This document shows positions 12,801 to 27,300 of a DNA stretch of 64,000 nucleotides, in pieces. Source of the stretch: Octopus vulgaris (Eukaryota); assembly GCA_951406725.2 (NCBI GenBank), contig OX597817.1, positions 139,748,001-139,812,000 on the forward strand. The letters are read 5' to 3'. The notes beneath the pieces are model-generated. The model worked only from the letters and a program-made list of their open reading frames with translations. It did not search any database and was not told the origin of the DNA. The translations under genes were made by a program, and so were the position numbers. How positions within the stretch are numbered: position 1 is the first letter of the stretch; every line of letters starts with the position of its first letter.

Positions 12801-15800
12801 CTAAATCTGCAGGTGGCTTCTCTGCATGTCAGTTACCGCCAAAGAAATCTTTTGGTACAAAAAACCAAGATTTCATGGAGAGTAAAAAGGAACAATTTGA
12901 ACAGTATCTACAAGTAAGTAACAGATGATGTGTGTGCGTATTTGGTGCTAAAGCTTCTGTTTCACACACACACACACACACACACACGCTGCATAAAGCT
13001 TGCTCAGCCATCACTTGTAAGTGATTATCATCTGCTAGCAGGTATCATGCTTTTGCTAGTTGTTTAAGGTGCCTTTTGTGTAGTTGCAAACAGACATTAA
13101 CACCTTCTCAGCGCTCGTCGTGGATGTTCTGTTGGATCAAACAGATGAAGAGCTGAGAGAATATTTGTGATTGTTTGTGACCAGCATCTAAACCAATTAA
13201 CAAGAGGATAGTACAAGCTCCCAGGTCATACTCGTTTGTGAGTGATGGCTAGAGATAACGTATTATGTTCTGTTCTAACCCCTCTTTTCTCATCCTTTAA
13301 CCCTTTCATTACTGTATTTATTTTGAGATGTTCTGTGTTTCTTTCAATTACTTTAAATATAACAAAGAATTTAGTAAAATAACTTAGCAATTATTCAGCT
13401 AGTGTTAGGAACATAAATTGTGACCAAGGTTTGCTGGATGATTTTAATTCAAAACTTATGAAAACAAGACATTTGTACTTAGAGCCAGAGCCGGTTTCAG
13501 GTGGGCTGGTAATGAAAGGGTTAATTCCCTCCATCCCTTACCATAAAACTACCTTCCTCTCTACTGTCTCTACTTGCAACCCCACTCACTCAGGGAGGAT
13601 CTTGATAGGAAGAGGGGTGGGAGCTATTCACAGATGACAGACCCCATTTCAAATGTTTACAACAAAGTAGACTCTGTTAGGGGTCAGTGTTGCTGTTAAA
13701 CTGGCTGGCAAACACTACATATTAGCCTCTACTCTATGGGTGTGATAGCTCTGTAAATGTTGATATATATGTATGAAATTCTAGCAAAATACCATTGCTA
13801 TTGTCAGCCTCTCAGCTGTGATGTGGTAGAGCCATTCTCTTTTAGTTGAGAAGTTAAGACAACTGAACCAATCAGATAAAAGTATCCTGAACTTAGTTTG
13901 AATTCATGAACACCAGGGGACACTTGTTGTGCCAATAATGCTTTGTTGCCTTTCTTTGTGGAATGCAATTTCTAAGATAAGATGTATATTCCGTATAATA
14001 AAACATGAGTTGTTATGAGAAAAATCTGCTGCATATTATAGCTTAGCTTCTTGGAAAAGTGTGGAATACATTGAAAAATGTAGTCCTAGAAAGATAATGG
14101 TTGAGAAAAGGGACAATCGTAGATGGAATGTCTTTGATTATATGTCTCTCCAGTCAGAGCTGATCCAGAACCATAGAACTAAAGTGGTTGCTGGAATATA
14201 TTATGTCAGAGAGTTCCATAAAGGGACCCTTAAGACCCCCCCCCCCACCGAATGAATTTAGTTCCATTGAAGTGATTACAAGATGAGAAATTCCCACTGA
14301 AATATCAATAACTGAATTCTTTCCCTTACAATGTTTCTTTTCCTTCCAAATCTTATTTCTTTTATTCCAATCTACTCGATTTCCTTGTGATCTTTTTTAT
14401 TGCAAATGTTTCTATTTCCTTTTTAATGCAGAAACTCGTTGCCATCCCCCAATTGCGAGGAAGTGAGTTACTTTACAACTTTTTGACCTCAAAAGATGAG
14501 CTAACCTCAAGTTTTCTACCAGACATAAATATTGGTAAGTATAACTTTGTTTTATTTTCACTCAGTTTATTTAATTATAAAATGATTCACCCTGAGACAT
14601 TTTTCATGTAATATTTTAATTAACAAAAAGGCGGCAAGATGGCAGAAACATTAGCACACCGAGTGAAATGCTTAGCAGTATTTTGTCTGTTTTTACTTTC
14701 TGAGTTCAAATTCTGCCAAGGTCGACTTTGCCTTTCATCCTTTCGGAGACAATAAATTAAGTACCAGTTGCATACTGGGGTCATTCTAATCGACTGGCCC
14801 TTACTCCCCAAAAGTTTCGGGCCTTGTGTCTATAGTAGAAAAAATATTTTAATTAACAATGAAAATAAAATTTAAAAAAAAGGGATTTCAGTGCAGGTAT
14901 GGCTGTGTGGTAAGACGTTTGCTTTCCAGTCACATGGTTCCGAGTTCAGTTCCACAGCATAGTATCTTGGGCAAGAATCTTGTATTACAAGTCCAGGCTG
15001 ACCAAATTTGGTCGTGTTTGGATTTAGTGTTCATCTGTTGGAGTGATGAGGACCATATAGTCATCATGGTGGGGGTGGAGTACTGTGGGTGCATTGGTGA
15101 GTGATTCAACCAAACTGCCTCCCCTCAGAATATTCTCTTGCAGTGTGGAGACAAAATGATGGTGGAATTTGATGGCATTGGTTTTCTTGGCTTTGCCTGT
15201 GCTTGGCTTGCCCAAAAGAAGCCCATTGTGTATGTTTCTTTGTCTTCACATCATGTAACAGTTGTAAATGAGTGTCCCTGTCATACAAGCAGTGTCTTTC
15301 CTTCCCAATCTTCTTCCATGAAAACATATCTGGCCATATCGGGCAAGATGTTACCTTCCTTGGAAACAGGTGAGGCTTGGCAACAGGGAGGGCATTCATC
15401 TGTAGGGAATCTGCCTCCCTGAGTGCACCCCATCTGACGACCCTTGCAAATCAGCTGGAAAGTGATGAGGGTAGGGGAAACAAGAACCAACACCATTGCA
15501 GTATTCACTTCCTCATTAAAGAATTTCTCTTATTTCAAAAACTCACCAACTCTCATTTCTTTCTAACATTCCACAACAACCTCTCTCTCTCCCCTCTCTC
15601 TCCTCCTCTCCCTTCTCTCTCTTCCACTCTCTCCCACTCCACCCCCACTCTCTAGTCATACTCTATGATGTAATATCTGTGATGAGGTTCTGAACTTGGG
15701 TTTTTGGTTCAATGCAATTGCAATGCTACCTTGGGCAAGTATCTTTTCTTTTAATCAAAGGCTGACCAATGCTTTGGGAGTGGAATTTCCTAAAAGGAAA

Positions 15801-17348
15801 ATCTATGGAAGCTTATAATATATCCTAATCATCTACTTCCTCTTCCTCTCATTCCTCCTCCTCCTCTGCACTTCCTCCTTCTCTTCCTTCTCTTCCTTCT
15901 TGTCTGCCTATTCCTCATCTTTTTCTCCTATTCTTCCCTCTCTTCCTCCTCCCTTCTCCTCCCCTCCTCCCTTTCTTCCTCCTCCTCCTTTTCTCCCCCC
16001 TTCCTCATTCTCTATTCCTCCTCTCTTTCTCCCCTTTCCCTTCTTTTTTCTCCTCTTTTTCTCCTCTTCTTTCTCCTCTTTCTCTTTTTTCCCTTTCCCC
16101 CTCCTCCAATTCTTTTCCCCTCTCCTTCCTCCTCCCATATTCCTTATCATCCTTGTCCACATTATTTCAACCAATCATACTCTCTTTCTTTGCTTTCAGC
16201 CACTGCTCCCTTCCTCTCTCCATCCCTCTCTCTTCCTCTCCATCCCTCTCTCTCCCTCTCTTCCCTTCCTCTCTCCCTCTCTTCCCTTCCTCTTCCCCTC
16301 CACTCTTTCTCCCTCTCCCTCTTCCCTTCCCCTCTCCTTTCCTCTCTATTCCCCCCTTCTTTCCCCTCTTCCTCTCCATTCCCCCCTCTCCCCCTCCCCA
16401 TGTCCCTTCTTCATTCTTCCCCTCTCCCAATATCTCCTCCATAGCCAGAAACCTGTGCTTGTCCTTCAACAGCCACTCTTCTCCACCTTCTCCTCCCAGC
16501 TGATTCCCCCTTTAGTAGTGGGAGCTTTTCTACTTCCCTCTTCTTCTCTTCTTTGATGTTTTGCAAGTTTCACAGCAACCTCACTTGTGACAATGACATG
16601 TCAACACTCCGCCCACCAGTATACCCTCTGCAAAGTGGTTGGTGTTTGCATGGAGAGCTTGATTGGTAGTTCTTCTTGAGTACCACATATTGCTCATCAT
16701 ATTGCAGGTCATTTCTTCCATATGGTTCAAAGTTCTGAAACCAGCCCCTTACACCACACCTTTCCTTTCTTTTAACTTCCTCTCATACAATTGTATTCTC
16801 ACTTGCTTTCTGTTTTTTTTCTTTGCACTGCTTGTCTGCCTTTGTCACTCCTCTTTTTCTTCTCTCCTCTGATGAATGACTAATGCTCAAAACGTCAAGA
16901 CACTTTCTCTTTTCATTAAACACTAAACAATTTAGTATATTCAGGAAAATTGCCTTCTCCTCTGTTGTCTTTTTTTGTCATATTTACAGTATGCCTGCTT
17001 TTGTGTGAGTATATCATCATCATCATTTAATGTCCGTTTTCCATGCTAGCATGGGTTGGACGGTTTGACCGGGGTCTGGGAAGCCAGGAGGCTGCACCAG
17101 ATTCTCGTCTGATCTGGCAGTGTTTCTACAGCTGGATGCCCTTCCTAACGCCAACCACTCCGTGAGTGTAGTGGGTGCTTTTTACGTGCCAGGGGAGGCT
17201 GGCAATGGCCATGATCGGTTGGTGCTTTTTACATGCCACCGGCACGGAAGCCAGTCAAGGTGGCACTGGCATCGACCATGTACGGATGGTGCTTTTTACA
17301 TGCCACTGGCACAGGTACCAGGGGAGGCTGGCAATGGCCATATATATA

Positions 17349-17385
<37 letters not shown>

Positions 17386-17580
17386 TTACTTTTACTTGTT
17401 TCGGTCATTTGACTGTGGCCATGCTGGAGCACCGCCTTTAGTCGAGCAAATCGACCCCGGGACTTATTCTTTGTAAGCCCAGTACTTATTCTATCGGTCT
17501 CTTTTTGCTGAACCGCTAAGTAACGGGGACGTAAACACACCAGCATCGGTTGTCAAGCAATGCTAGGGGGACAAACACAA

Positions 17581-17625
<45 letters not shown>

Positions 17626-18664
17626 CATACGACTGGCTTCTTTCAGTTTCCGTCTACCAAATCTACTCACAAGGCTTTGGTCGGCCCGAGGCTATAGTAG
17701 AAGACATTTGCCCAAGATGCCACGCAGTGGGACTGAACCCAGAACCATGTAGTTCATAAGCAAGCTACTTACCACGTTTTTTATTCTTCCTCTCACTCTG
17801 ATACCACTAGTAAACCTAATTCTCTTATTGGGATCCATCTTGCTCTCTCTGCCACCTCGTGCAACCTCTAACCCTCCATCACTATCCTATCTATTGCATG
17901 ATTCTGCTGCTGCTGAACATGGCTGTGTTGTTAAACAGGTCACTTTGAAACTACATGGTTTTGGGGTTCAGTCCCACTGTGTGACACCTTGGGCAAGTGA
18001 TAGCCTCAGTCAAGCTGTTCAACCCATTCCAGCATGGAAAACAGACACTAAACGATGATGATGATGATACAGAGAGGAAAGGGAGAAAAATACATCCACA
18101 TATAACATTTTGGGTGCTTAAGAATAGTACATAAAAGCGTATAAACTTCTGTCGTGTTCCTTATTCAGGCAGTGTTTGGTTGGCGTCCTTCTGTGGATTG
18201 CTGGAATGGTAGTTCCAATGGTTTTGGTATTATTTTCTTGTTCAGTTTTGGTTGGTATTTTCGAATAAAGTAGTCTTCCTTGGTCTTATGAAAATGTTCA
18301 TTTTCAGTCCATACTTTGAAGACAGAGAGTATTTTGAGAATATTTATAACAACATTATTATTATTATTATTAAATTGATATTTTTATACATACTCACAGA
18401 TGAAGCATGGGCAAATTAAATTTAAATTCTGAAGTGAATCTAACAGTTTTTTGTGTGTTTTTAAATGGTTTATAAACACCTTCCATGCTGCAATTGTTTT
18501 CATTCCAGCACAAGATCTCAGATCAGGTCACTTGCTCTGCAAGTACATTACCATAATATTTATATTAATACGTTATTATTAAAATACAAATTATCTCAAA
18601 AAAAAATCATCTCTACTCAAATATGTGATGCTATACCAAGAACTTTCTTTTTATTATTCTACCT

Positions 18665-18695
<31 letters not shown>

Positions 18696-21283
18696 ATGTA
18701 TGTATGTGTGTGTGTGTATGTATGTATGTGTGTATATGTCTGTGTGTAGGTATGTGTATATGTATGAGTGTGTGTGTGTACTGCAAATGTCTTTGGAAAT
18801 AATGAACTATTGTATTTGATTTCCCTTTGGTTTGGATTGTTGCATGTTCTGATATCTTTAACAGAATATTCTGCATTTACAGCCATGTCTAGCAGACACT
18901 GAGGGGAAAATGTCTGATTGACAAACACTGGTTGCAGCCAACCAGTAACACTAACACAAACAACAATGTGAGGGGGAAATCCATGACCTCCACTTTGAAG
19001 AGGATCGTTTATTCTGTTTGTCTGATGTTTCCTACTTCACTAAATTTTCTTTAGAAACCAGAAAATCAATATGGAATACTAAAAAAAATACGTTACTTTG
19101 TGCTGTCTAAATTGGTGATGTTCTGGTACATTCTGCTCTGTTTTTTTTTTTCCCCCAGCTAATAATATTTTCTTGTTTATTAGTTTTCATTTGATAGTTT
19201 GGAGAAGTTTTATCTTCCAACAGACATTTAATGGTGTCTCAGTTTTGTTCATTTGAGACGGAATTACCACAGACATACTTTCACCATCATTTATCTTTTT
19301 ATTCAGTTTTATTCTACATCACTATTTGTTCACAAGTTTCTGATGTTTTGATCCCTGGTTAAATGAATTTCTCATGGTGAGAATGACAAGGCAGTATTTG
19401 TAGCTCAGTGTAGATCAAATATTGTGAGGTTAAAAGATTTACACATAGGAGACCTATTGAGTCAAGTACATCAACACCAACATCAAAATAAATATCAAAT
19501 GGAAATTGTAGATAAGATATCTGTGCCGGTGGCATGTAAAAAGCACCATCCGAACATGGCCGATGCCAGCACTGCCTTGACTGGCTTCTGTGCCATTGGC
19601 ATGTACCAGCCTCCCCTGTACCTGTGCTGGTGGCACGTAAAAAGCAGCCACTACACTTACGGAGTGGTTGGCGTTAAGAAGGGCATCCAGCTGTAGAAAC
19701 GCTGCCAGATCAGACTTGCAGCCTCCTGGCTTCCCAGACCCTGGTCGAACCGTCCAACCCATACTAGCACGGAAAACGAACATTAAACAATGATGATGAT
19801 ACTAGGCATTTGTCAATGAAAGCTTTTGTGGAAGTCACTTGTCCAAGGTATTGTACAGTGGCATTGAATATAGTAACATCATCATCATCATCATCGTTTA
19901 ACATCCGTTTTCCATGCTAGCACGGGTTGGACGGTTCGACCGGGTTCTGGGAAGCCAGGAGGCTGCACCAGGCTCCAGTCTGATCTGGCAGTGTTTCTAC
20001 AGCCGGATGCCCTTCCTGACGCCAACCACTCCGTGAGTGTAGTGGGTGCTTTTTACGTGCCACCAGCACAGGTGCCGGAGGAGGCTGTCAGTGGCCATGA
20101 TCGGTTGGTGCTTTTTATGTGCCACTGGCACAGAAGCCAGTCAAGGCAGCGCTGGCATTGGCCACGTTCGGATGGTGCTTTTTACGTGCCACTGGCATGA
20201 GTATCACAGCTACAATTTGATGTTGATGTACTTGACTCAATAGGTCACCTCAAGCACAGCAGGTCATGTGCCACTGGCACAGAAGCCAATCAAGGCAGTG
20301 CTAGCATCAGCTAAGGCAGTGCTGGCATCAGCCAAGGCAGCGCTGGCATCAGCCAAGGCAGCGCTGGCATCAGCCAATAACATAGAAACAAATTGCTTTG
20401 TTAGGTGTCTTTAGTGTTGTATCATAAAGGACGGACTTGATAACATGTCTTGTGCTGGTAATTTTAAAATGCACCCAGTACTCACTTGAAAGTGGTTGGC
20501 AAATAAGCAGAAGAAAAAAAACAAAAGGCTGAGAGGTCACTTTAGTCTTGTCTTCTTGAAATCATGTTGGCCCCTCTAGTGCTGGTGCCATAAGAAAAAT
20601 ACATCTAGTGCATTCTAAAGTAGTTGGCAGTAGAAAGGGCATTCGGTCATAGAAACCAAACTGATATGACATGTATGAACATGAGTTTGTGAAAGAAATG
20701 GAGTTGGAGTTTGAAGATTTTAGTAATTTATGTCAACCAAATGGAAACTGATAATGATAACATCTTTTTCAAAACTTCAGTAGAAATATTTTGTGTTCAT
20801 GTCAGTTGCTATCAAGAAAGATCCCCATTGAGTAAGGTGATAATGTGCTGTCTGTTGAGTTCAACATTGCATGTGTTACCATAGTTGTGAATGGCTGATG
20901 CTACTGAGTCATCTCCAATGGTGCAGTCCAGTTATCTGTAAAGGATGACCATATATAAATACAGTACACTGACGTCACTAGGAGTCCTACACACACACAC
21001 ATGCACACACGCATGCACACACGCACGCACACATGCAAGCACACACACACACAACACACACACGTGTGTGTGTGTGTGTGTGTGTGTGTGCTGCAAGACT
21101 GGCTCCTGTGCTGGTGGCACATAAAAAGCACCTACTACACTTTCGGAGTGGTTGGGCATCCAGCTGTAGAAACCTTGCCAAATCAGATTGGAGCCCAGTG
21201 CAGCCACCTGGCTTGCCAGTCCTCAGTCAAACCGCCCAACCCTTGCCAACATGGAAAGTGGATGTTAAATGATGATGATGATG

Positions 21284-21340
<57 letters not shown>

Positions 21341-24300
21341 CAAATTTACAGAAAACAAGTGAAGGAACAACAAGGAGGTGTATTAGTTTGATGCTCAAGA
21401 AGGATGGAAAAGTTTTTGATGTTTTGAGCCTACACTCTTCGACAGAACGGCATGAGAGAAAAAATGGAGAGAGGAAAAAAATGTGTAGAGATTACCGGTT
21501 ATATACATATGTGTGTGTGCATATATATATATATATGTATATATTATCATCATCATCATCATCATTTAGCGTCTAATTTGAGGGAATATTATTCCAAACT
21601 TACTGGGAAAAATTCAATTTAGAAATACTAAATCAAATTTCATAAAATATAATATATATATATAAATTAGAAAAAAAAACACCTTTTATCAATTCAAATT
21701 GAAAAATTAAATTACACTATCTAGAAAATTACATATAATAGAAATATTAAATATAAGATAAAAAATAATATACTTTATTTTGCACATTACTTAATCATCG
21801 GTATATTATTTTTTATCTTATATTTAATATTTCTATTATATGTAAATTTCTAGATGGTGTAATTTAATTTTTCATTTTGAATTGATAAAAGGTGGCTTTT
21901 TCTAATTTATATATATATATATATATATATGAAATCCTCCTCCTTCTTTCTTTCCTTTCCTGAGCATCCAATAACACTATACTTGTTTTCTCTTTGTGTC
22001 TACATGTTTGGATTAACAATATATATATATATAGTGACATTACTTGATGTCTGGAGCTCAAATCATACAATAGATATAGCTCAGAGATGGAAGTTTGATT
22101 TGTCCCAAGTTCAATGTGAATGAAAGCAAAATGTTGATGGTTTTTTCCGTTGATCCGTTGTTAAAATCACCAACAATTCAAGAAAATCTAGTCTTCCATG
22201 AAGTTAATATTGAAATCCAACATCATAAGGAAGTTGTGTATTGTATGAAGTGAATGGCAGTAAGTTAAGGGAGAAGCTTTTCAATAGACATCAGTTTGAA
22301 ATATTTGAACATATTCCCATTGGAAAATTTAATTTATTTCTATTTGAAAATTTAATTTTATTATCTCAAATTTATTGTCTTTTAACAAAAAGGAACATTA
22401 CGTCTCGTTTGTCAGCTGGTTATTTTCTGTATAAAACCTGTTATTTGTTGGTTAGAAACACTTTTAGGGTTTATTGTTGTTCAAAACTAAACATTCTATG
22501 TCTGAGAAACGATCAGCAGCATTTATCATTTGGGAAAATAGTCCAACTCTTAGAACACTAGCGTTGGCTACAGATATAAATGCAACACCTGATTGGCAAT
22601 AATGGGGATGTTATTTACCTGTGCAGACAAAAATATACAGTTAATTAGATGTTAAGTTGAATATCCAGCTTTATTTGTTATGAAAGAAGCTTTTGCTGGG
22701 AGAAAAAAAAGCCACAAAGAAGCCATTTGTTGTTGTTTGATTAACTCCCTTGTTTGCTGATTTCCTATTTTCTTGCTTGCAGGGAAAATCGTCAAGTCTG
22801 TTCCAATGAAACTGCTGAAAGAGGTAAGGTCTGATACATTATCAAGATAAAAAGACATTTCATTTATTGCTATACTAACTGTGGTTTACAAAGCTATCAC
22901 AAAACTACCTTACAAAACTGATGAATGTAATTCATTTTCATTATCACTTAGAAATAATAATACAGTAAAATTATTTTGTATATTTTAATTTTTAAGATGT
23001 TTTGTTATTAAAATAATTTAATTTTGAATGAAAATATATGATGGGTTATTTAGCATGAATAATGAAGATTAAAGTTAGAAAATTCTGAGTTTTAATTTTA
23101 AATATATTTTTTTTAATGTATTAAGTAACTAAATGAAACAGTTTATCAATTACTATAAGTACAAACTCTTTACTCTTTTACTTGTTTCAATCATTTGACT
23201 GTGGCCATGCTGGAGCACCACCTTCAGTCGAGCAAATCGACCCCGGGACTTATTCTTTGTAAGACCAGTACTTATTCTATCGGTCTCTTTTGCCAAACTG
23301 CTAAGTGACGGGGACGTAAACACACCAGCATCGGTTGTCAAGCAATGCTAGGGGGACAAACACAGACACGCAAACATACACACAAATACATATATATATA
23401 CATATATACGACAGACTTCTTTCAGTTTCCGTCTACCAAATCCACTCACAAGGCATTGGTCGGACCGAGGCTATAGCAGAAGACACTTGCCCAAGATGCC
23501 ACACAGTGGGACTGAACCCTGAACCATGTGGTTGGTAAGCAAGCTACTTACCACACAGCCACTCCTGCGCCTGTTGCAACTTAAACAAAAAGCAATTTTA
23601 ATTTTATTTATTAATTCGAATAAATTAAACTTCTAAACAATCAAAGAGGAGTATTAATTAATAAAGTGACTGTTATTTAATTAACTCTGAGTGACAGTTA
23701 GTAGACTTGATCAGATAGTTGAGTATCAGATGAAAGACTGATATTGTTTTGCCTGTCATTACAAGAGCTGTGTGTCTCTGTCAATAGCGTTTGATGGTTT
23801 ACAAAGATGTCCACTTGTCTGATTCTCTTTTTACTGACTGCCTCTTCTTTAACAAATTGTTAAATTGAAGAACACCTGGTTTGTAAGAATGGTTAACTGG
23901 TCATCAGATAAATGAACAAAATTATGGATTTGGCATTTCAGAAACTTAGCTTTGTTTGTTTGTTTGTTTGTTTGGTTTCCTCTTTAGATTTTCATTCAAC
24001 TTTCAAAGATGTCCTCATTGTTCTCATTATTGTTGTCTTCATCATTGTTGCATCCATTTTCCGAAAACTTGCATGACCTAGCTTTACTTCTGCTCACAGT
24101 CTTGCTAATCTGTTGCAGACATTTCTTTTGTATTGTTTGGCTTCTTGAGATCAGTCTTTAACATTTATGTCTTTCACAATCTTCTTTTCTGCAGGCTCCT
24201 TTTACATGAATTGCTCGCCAATTCTTTATCCAAACTGTAATTCTTTACATGTATCTTATGTCCATAATCTCCTGTCTTGTATGCTACATCTGACTTTTAA

Positions 24301-27300
24301 AAAAAATATTTTTAGTTTGTTTTTTCTCAGCTCATTTGTACTTTGTTGTTCATACAATATACGTCTGATGGAGTAAGTTCATTTCATCTCATCTCTTTCT
24401 AATCTTCTCATATCCTCCTCATTCAATGCACATATACTATCTACGATGCACCATCACACTCTATATACAATCTACCTTACAATCACAGAAAAACAAAAGT
24501 CCTTTCTAAATAGCAGAGATAATTAATTGAGCTGTATCCACCTTGTTCTTTGTTTGGTCATTTTATACTTTTGGGACACACACCACAACTGTCAAGTATG
24601 TCAGCTAGAGAACCAAAACTACCAGATACTTTTATTCAACCTTCTGAGCACTTAAAGGAATTTATTTCTTGTATGACCTTCATGGTAATTCCTTATATCT
24701 TCCTTATTTTCTGCTACATCTCAAGGATGGTTACTGCCAAGATGGTTACAGAGTCTTTGCTGCTGACTAAAACTTGTATGTTTGTTTGCTTTACTTTGAT
24801 TTTAATCTTTGATTCCAAACTTCGAAATCTTCTGTAAATCTTTGATGACTTTTAGCTATAGGAACTCGCTCGTTGGTATACAGGAGTTCCCACGGACAGC
24901 CAGTCTTAAACTCTTTTATTATGGTTTGGAGAACTATAATAAACAGGGTTGAGAACTGAACCTTAAATCATACCAACTTGTACATTAAACATTCCTCTCA
25001 GAGCTCCTTGCATCTCCATTCACAGCTGGCATCGATCCCACAAACCATTCAACTACATTTAGTTTTCTTAGAAACCACAAGACAACAGAATACATCTGTC
25101 AAAGCTTTCTCCAGATTGACTGATGCTGGGAATAGTGGTTTGTTTTTAGCCAAGAACTACTATATCTTGATGATCTTACCTTCATAGCAGATTCCATATC
25201 AGAGCTAGAAAAGAAATTCCAAGTGTGGAAGCAAAACCTGGAATCTAGGGGCCTTAAAGTTAACTTAGCAAAGACTAAGGTTTTAGTAAGCAAGAAAGCA
25301 GGCAGGACCCTACCCATGTCAGGTAGATGGCCCTACACAATTTGTAGGAAAGCTGTAGGCATGTTAAAAGTACTCAGCACACACTTTAAAGTGGTTGGCA
25401 TTAGGAAAGAGATCCAGCTGTAGAAACCAAGTGAAATCAGACTGGATCCTAGTGAAGCTCTCTGGCTTGCCAGCTCTGGTCAAACTGTCCCAACCATGCC
25501 AGTTCTGGTCAAACTATCCATTCCATGTGAGCATGTAAAACACACATTAAAGGATGATGATGATGGCTTGTATGTTTATGCGACCAGGTGGCTGCCTAGT
25601 TAGAGTTTCAAATGGTAAGGTTAGCTGTGTCACAGAACTCCAAAAGCCTTGATCTCTCTTTTCTTTCCACTTATCATGCCTTCTTTAGTGGAGTTGTTAT
25701 GTTGCTACCCAATATCTCTATTAATGTCTCCCACTGTGATAAAGAGGCCACTGTTCTCTGTTATCAAGACAGTCCATAAGATCATCTTGGGCCTCCTACA
25801 AAGTCCTTTTGCTCATCTGTCATTCCTGGCTGTGGTACATATGTAGAGATCATTGCTACTGTTGTGTTGCCTGTAACAAGTCTAAATCTAATTATCCTCT
25901 TATCTTGATGACCATAATTGTTTATTCTACCCGATTTCCTTGCACATGCTGTGTCTCCCAGCAAAATTCTATCTTTGTTCTTTACCCATGCAAAGTCTGG
26001 CTGAAGTTTCCCATATCTTAACTCTTCTATAAAGCATACATCTACTCACCTCCACCTTCATTGTCTCTGCCATCTCACTGGTCCTATCTTTCATTGTGCC
26101 AACATAGACGGTGGAAGCTTTGAAGCTGATAGGATAAGTGAAGTTTCCAGGGATGGTCAGTTGTGGATCGGAATGTTTCCTGTTCCAAGTTGTGATTAGA
26201 AAACTCAAGACACCGTCAGATGTTGTTCTACATTTCATTAAGAAACTGATTGTGGTTTTTCAGAGAGGTGTAAATGAAACTGTAAAAGCTCTTTGGAAGG
26301 ACTCCAACTGCAACCTTGTCACATACTGTGTCATGCTAATTCTGCCAAAGTATTACATTAAGAATACTCATGTCTGTGGAATACTCAATCACCTGCATGC
26401 TAATATAATGAGTGGACTGTTTACATATGACCCTCTCTTATGACCTATGTAGATATGACATCTCCTTGTGATGTATATGACTCCTCTTGAGATCTTTTGT
26501 GACATATGATGTCTCTTTTATATGACATCTCTTGTGATCTTATATATGACAGTTTTCTCATCTAAATTTGGTTTACCAAATTCAACAAATCACGTCTGTG
26601 CTTCTTTGATATCTCATAGACACACTGCAAGTTTCATGCCAAAACCATTTCCTCTCTCAGAAGAGCTGAATTGTGAAATAACTCTCTCACTCTTTTTCTC
26701 TCCATTATTTTCCTGTAGAATATAATATTAATCTCTTTAAATTCTGGATTAGCAAAGTACCTCGCTTAATCTTTGCCATTTTCTTTCCTTTTAATATTTT
26801 TATTAGTTCTTTATATCATTTTATTAGCATCTCAACAGATTCTATTGCCTTCAGTTTCTTTATCATTCTTTTATTATCACCTTGTTTTATTAGCCACTTT
26901 ACTGTCATGTCATATAATATATTTTTATAGTCATCAGGTTTTTTTTATTGTCTTCTCACTGTATTTCCTTTTAAATCTTTTGTCAAGTATTATATCTTTT
27001 ATTTGCTTCCTTAAAAATGCATGTACATTGTTTTAGGAACAATAAGGCCGCTTTCTCCTTTTGTCTTACCCATTTCCAGGAAGTGGCTGATAAGTCTTAC
27101 TTTGGGTAATTTTGAGTAGAAAAATATAGGACATCTCTTGCGACCTTATATAGGACATCTCTTGCGACCTTATATAGGGCATCTCTTGTGACCTTATATA
27201 GGACATCTTATGACATTGTTTGAAATTATATATATGACATCTCTTGTGACCTTACATAAGACATCTCTTGGGACCTTATATAGGACATCTCTTGTGGCCC

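Noticed and set aside
15900-16556. 218-aa Pro/Ser/Phe/Leu-rich ORF
   Set aside because: Low-complexity pyrimidine tract with no splice or homology support.
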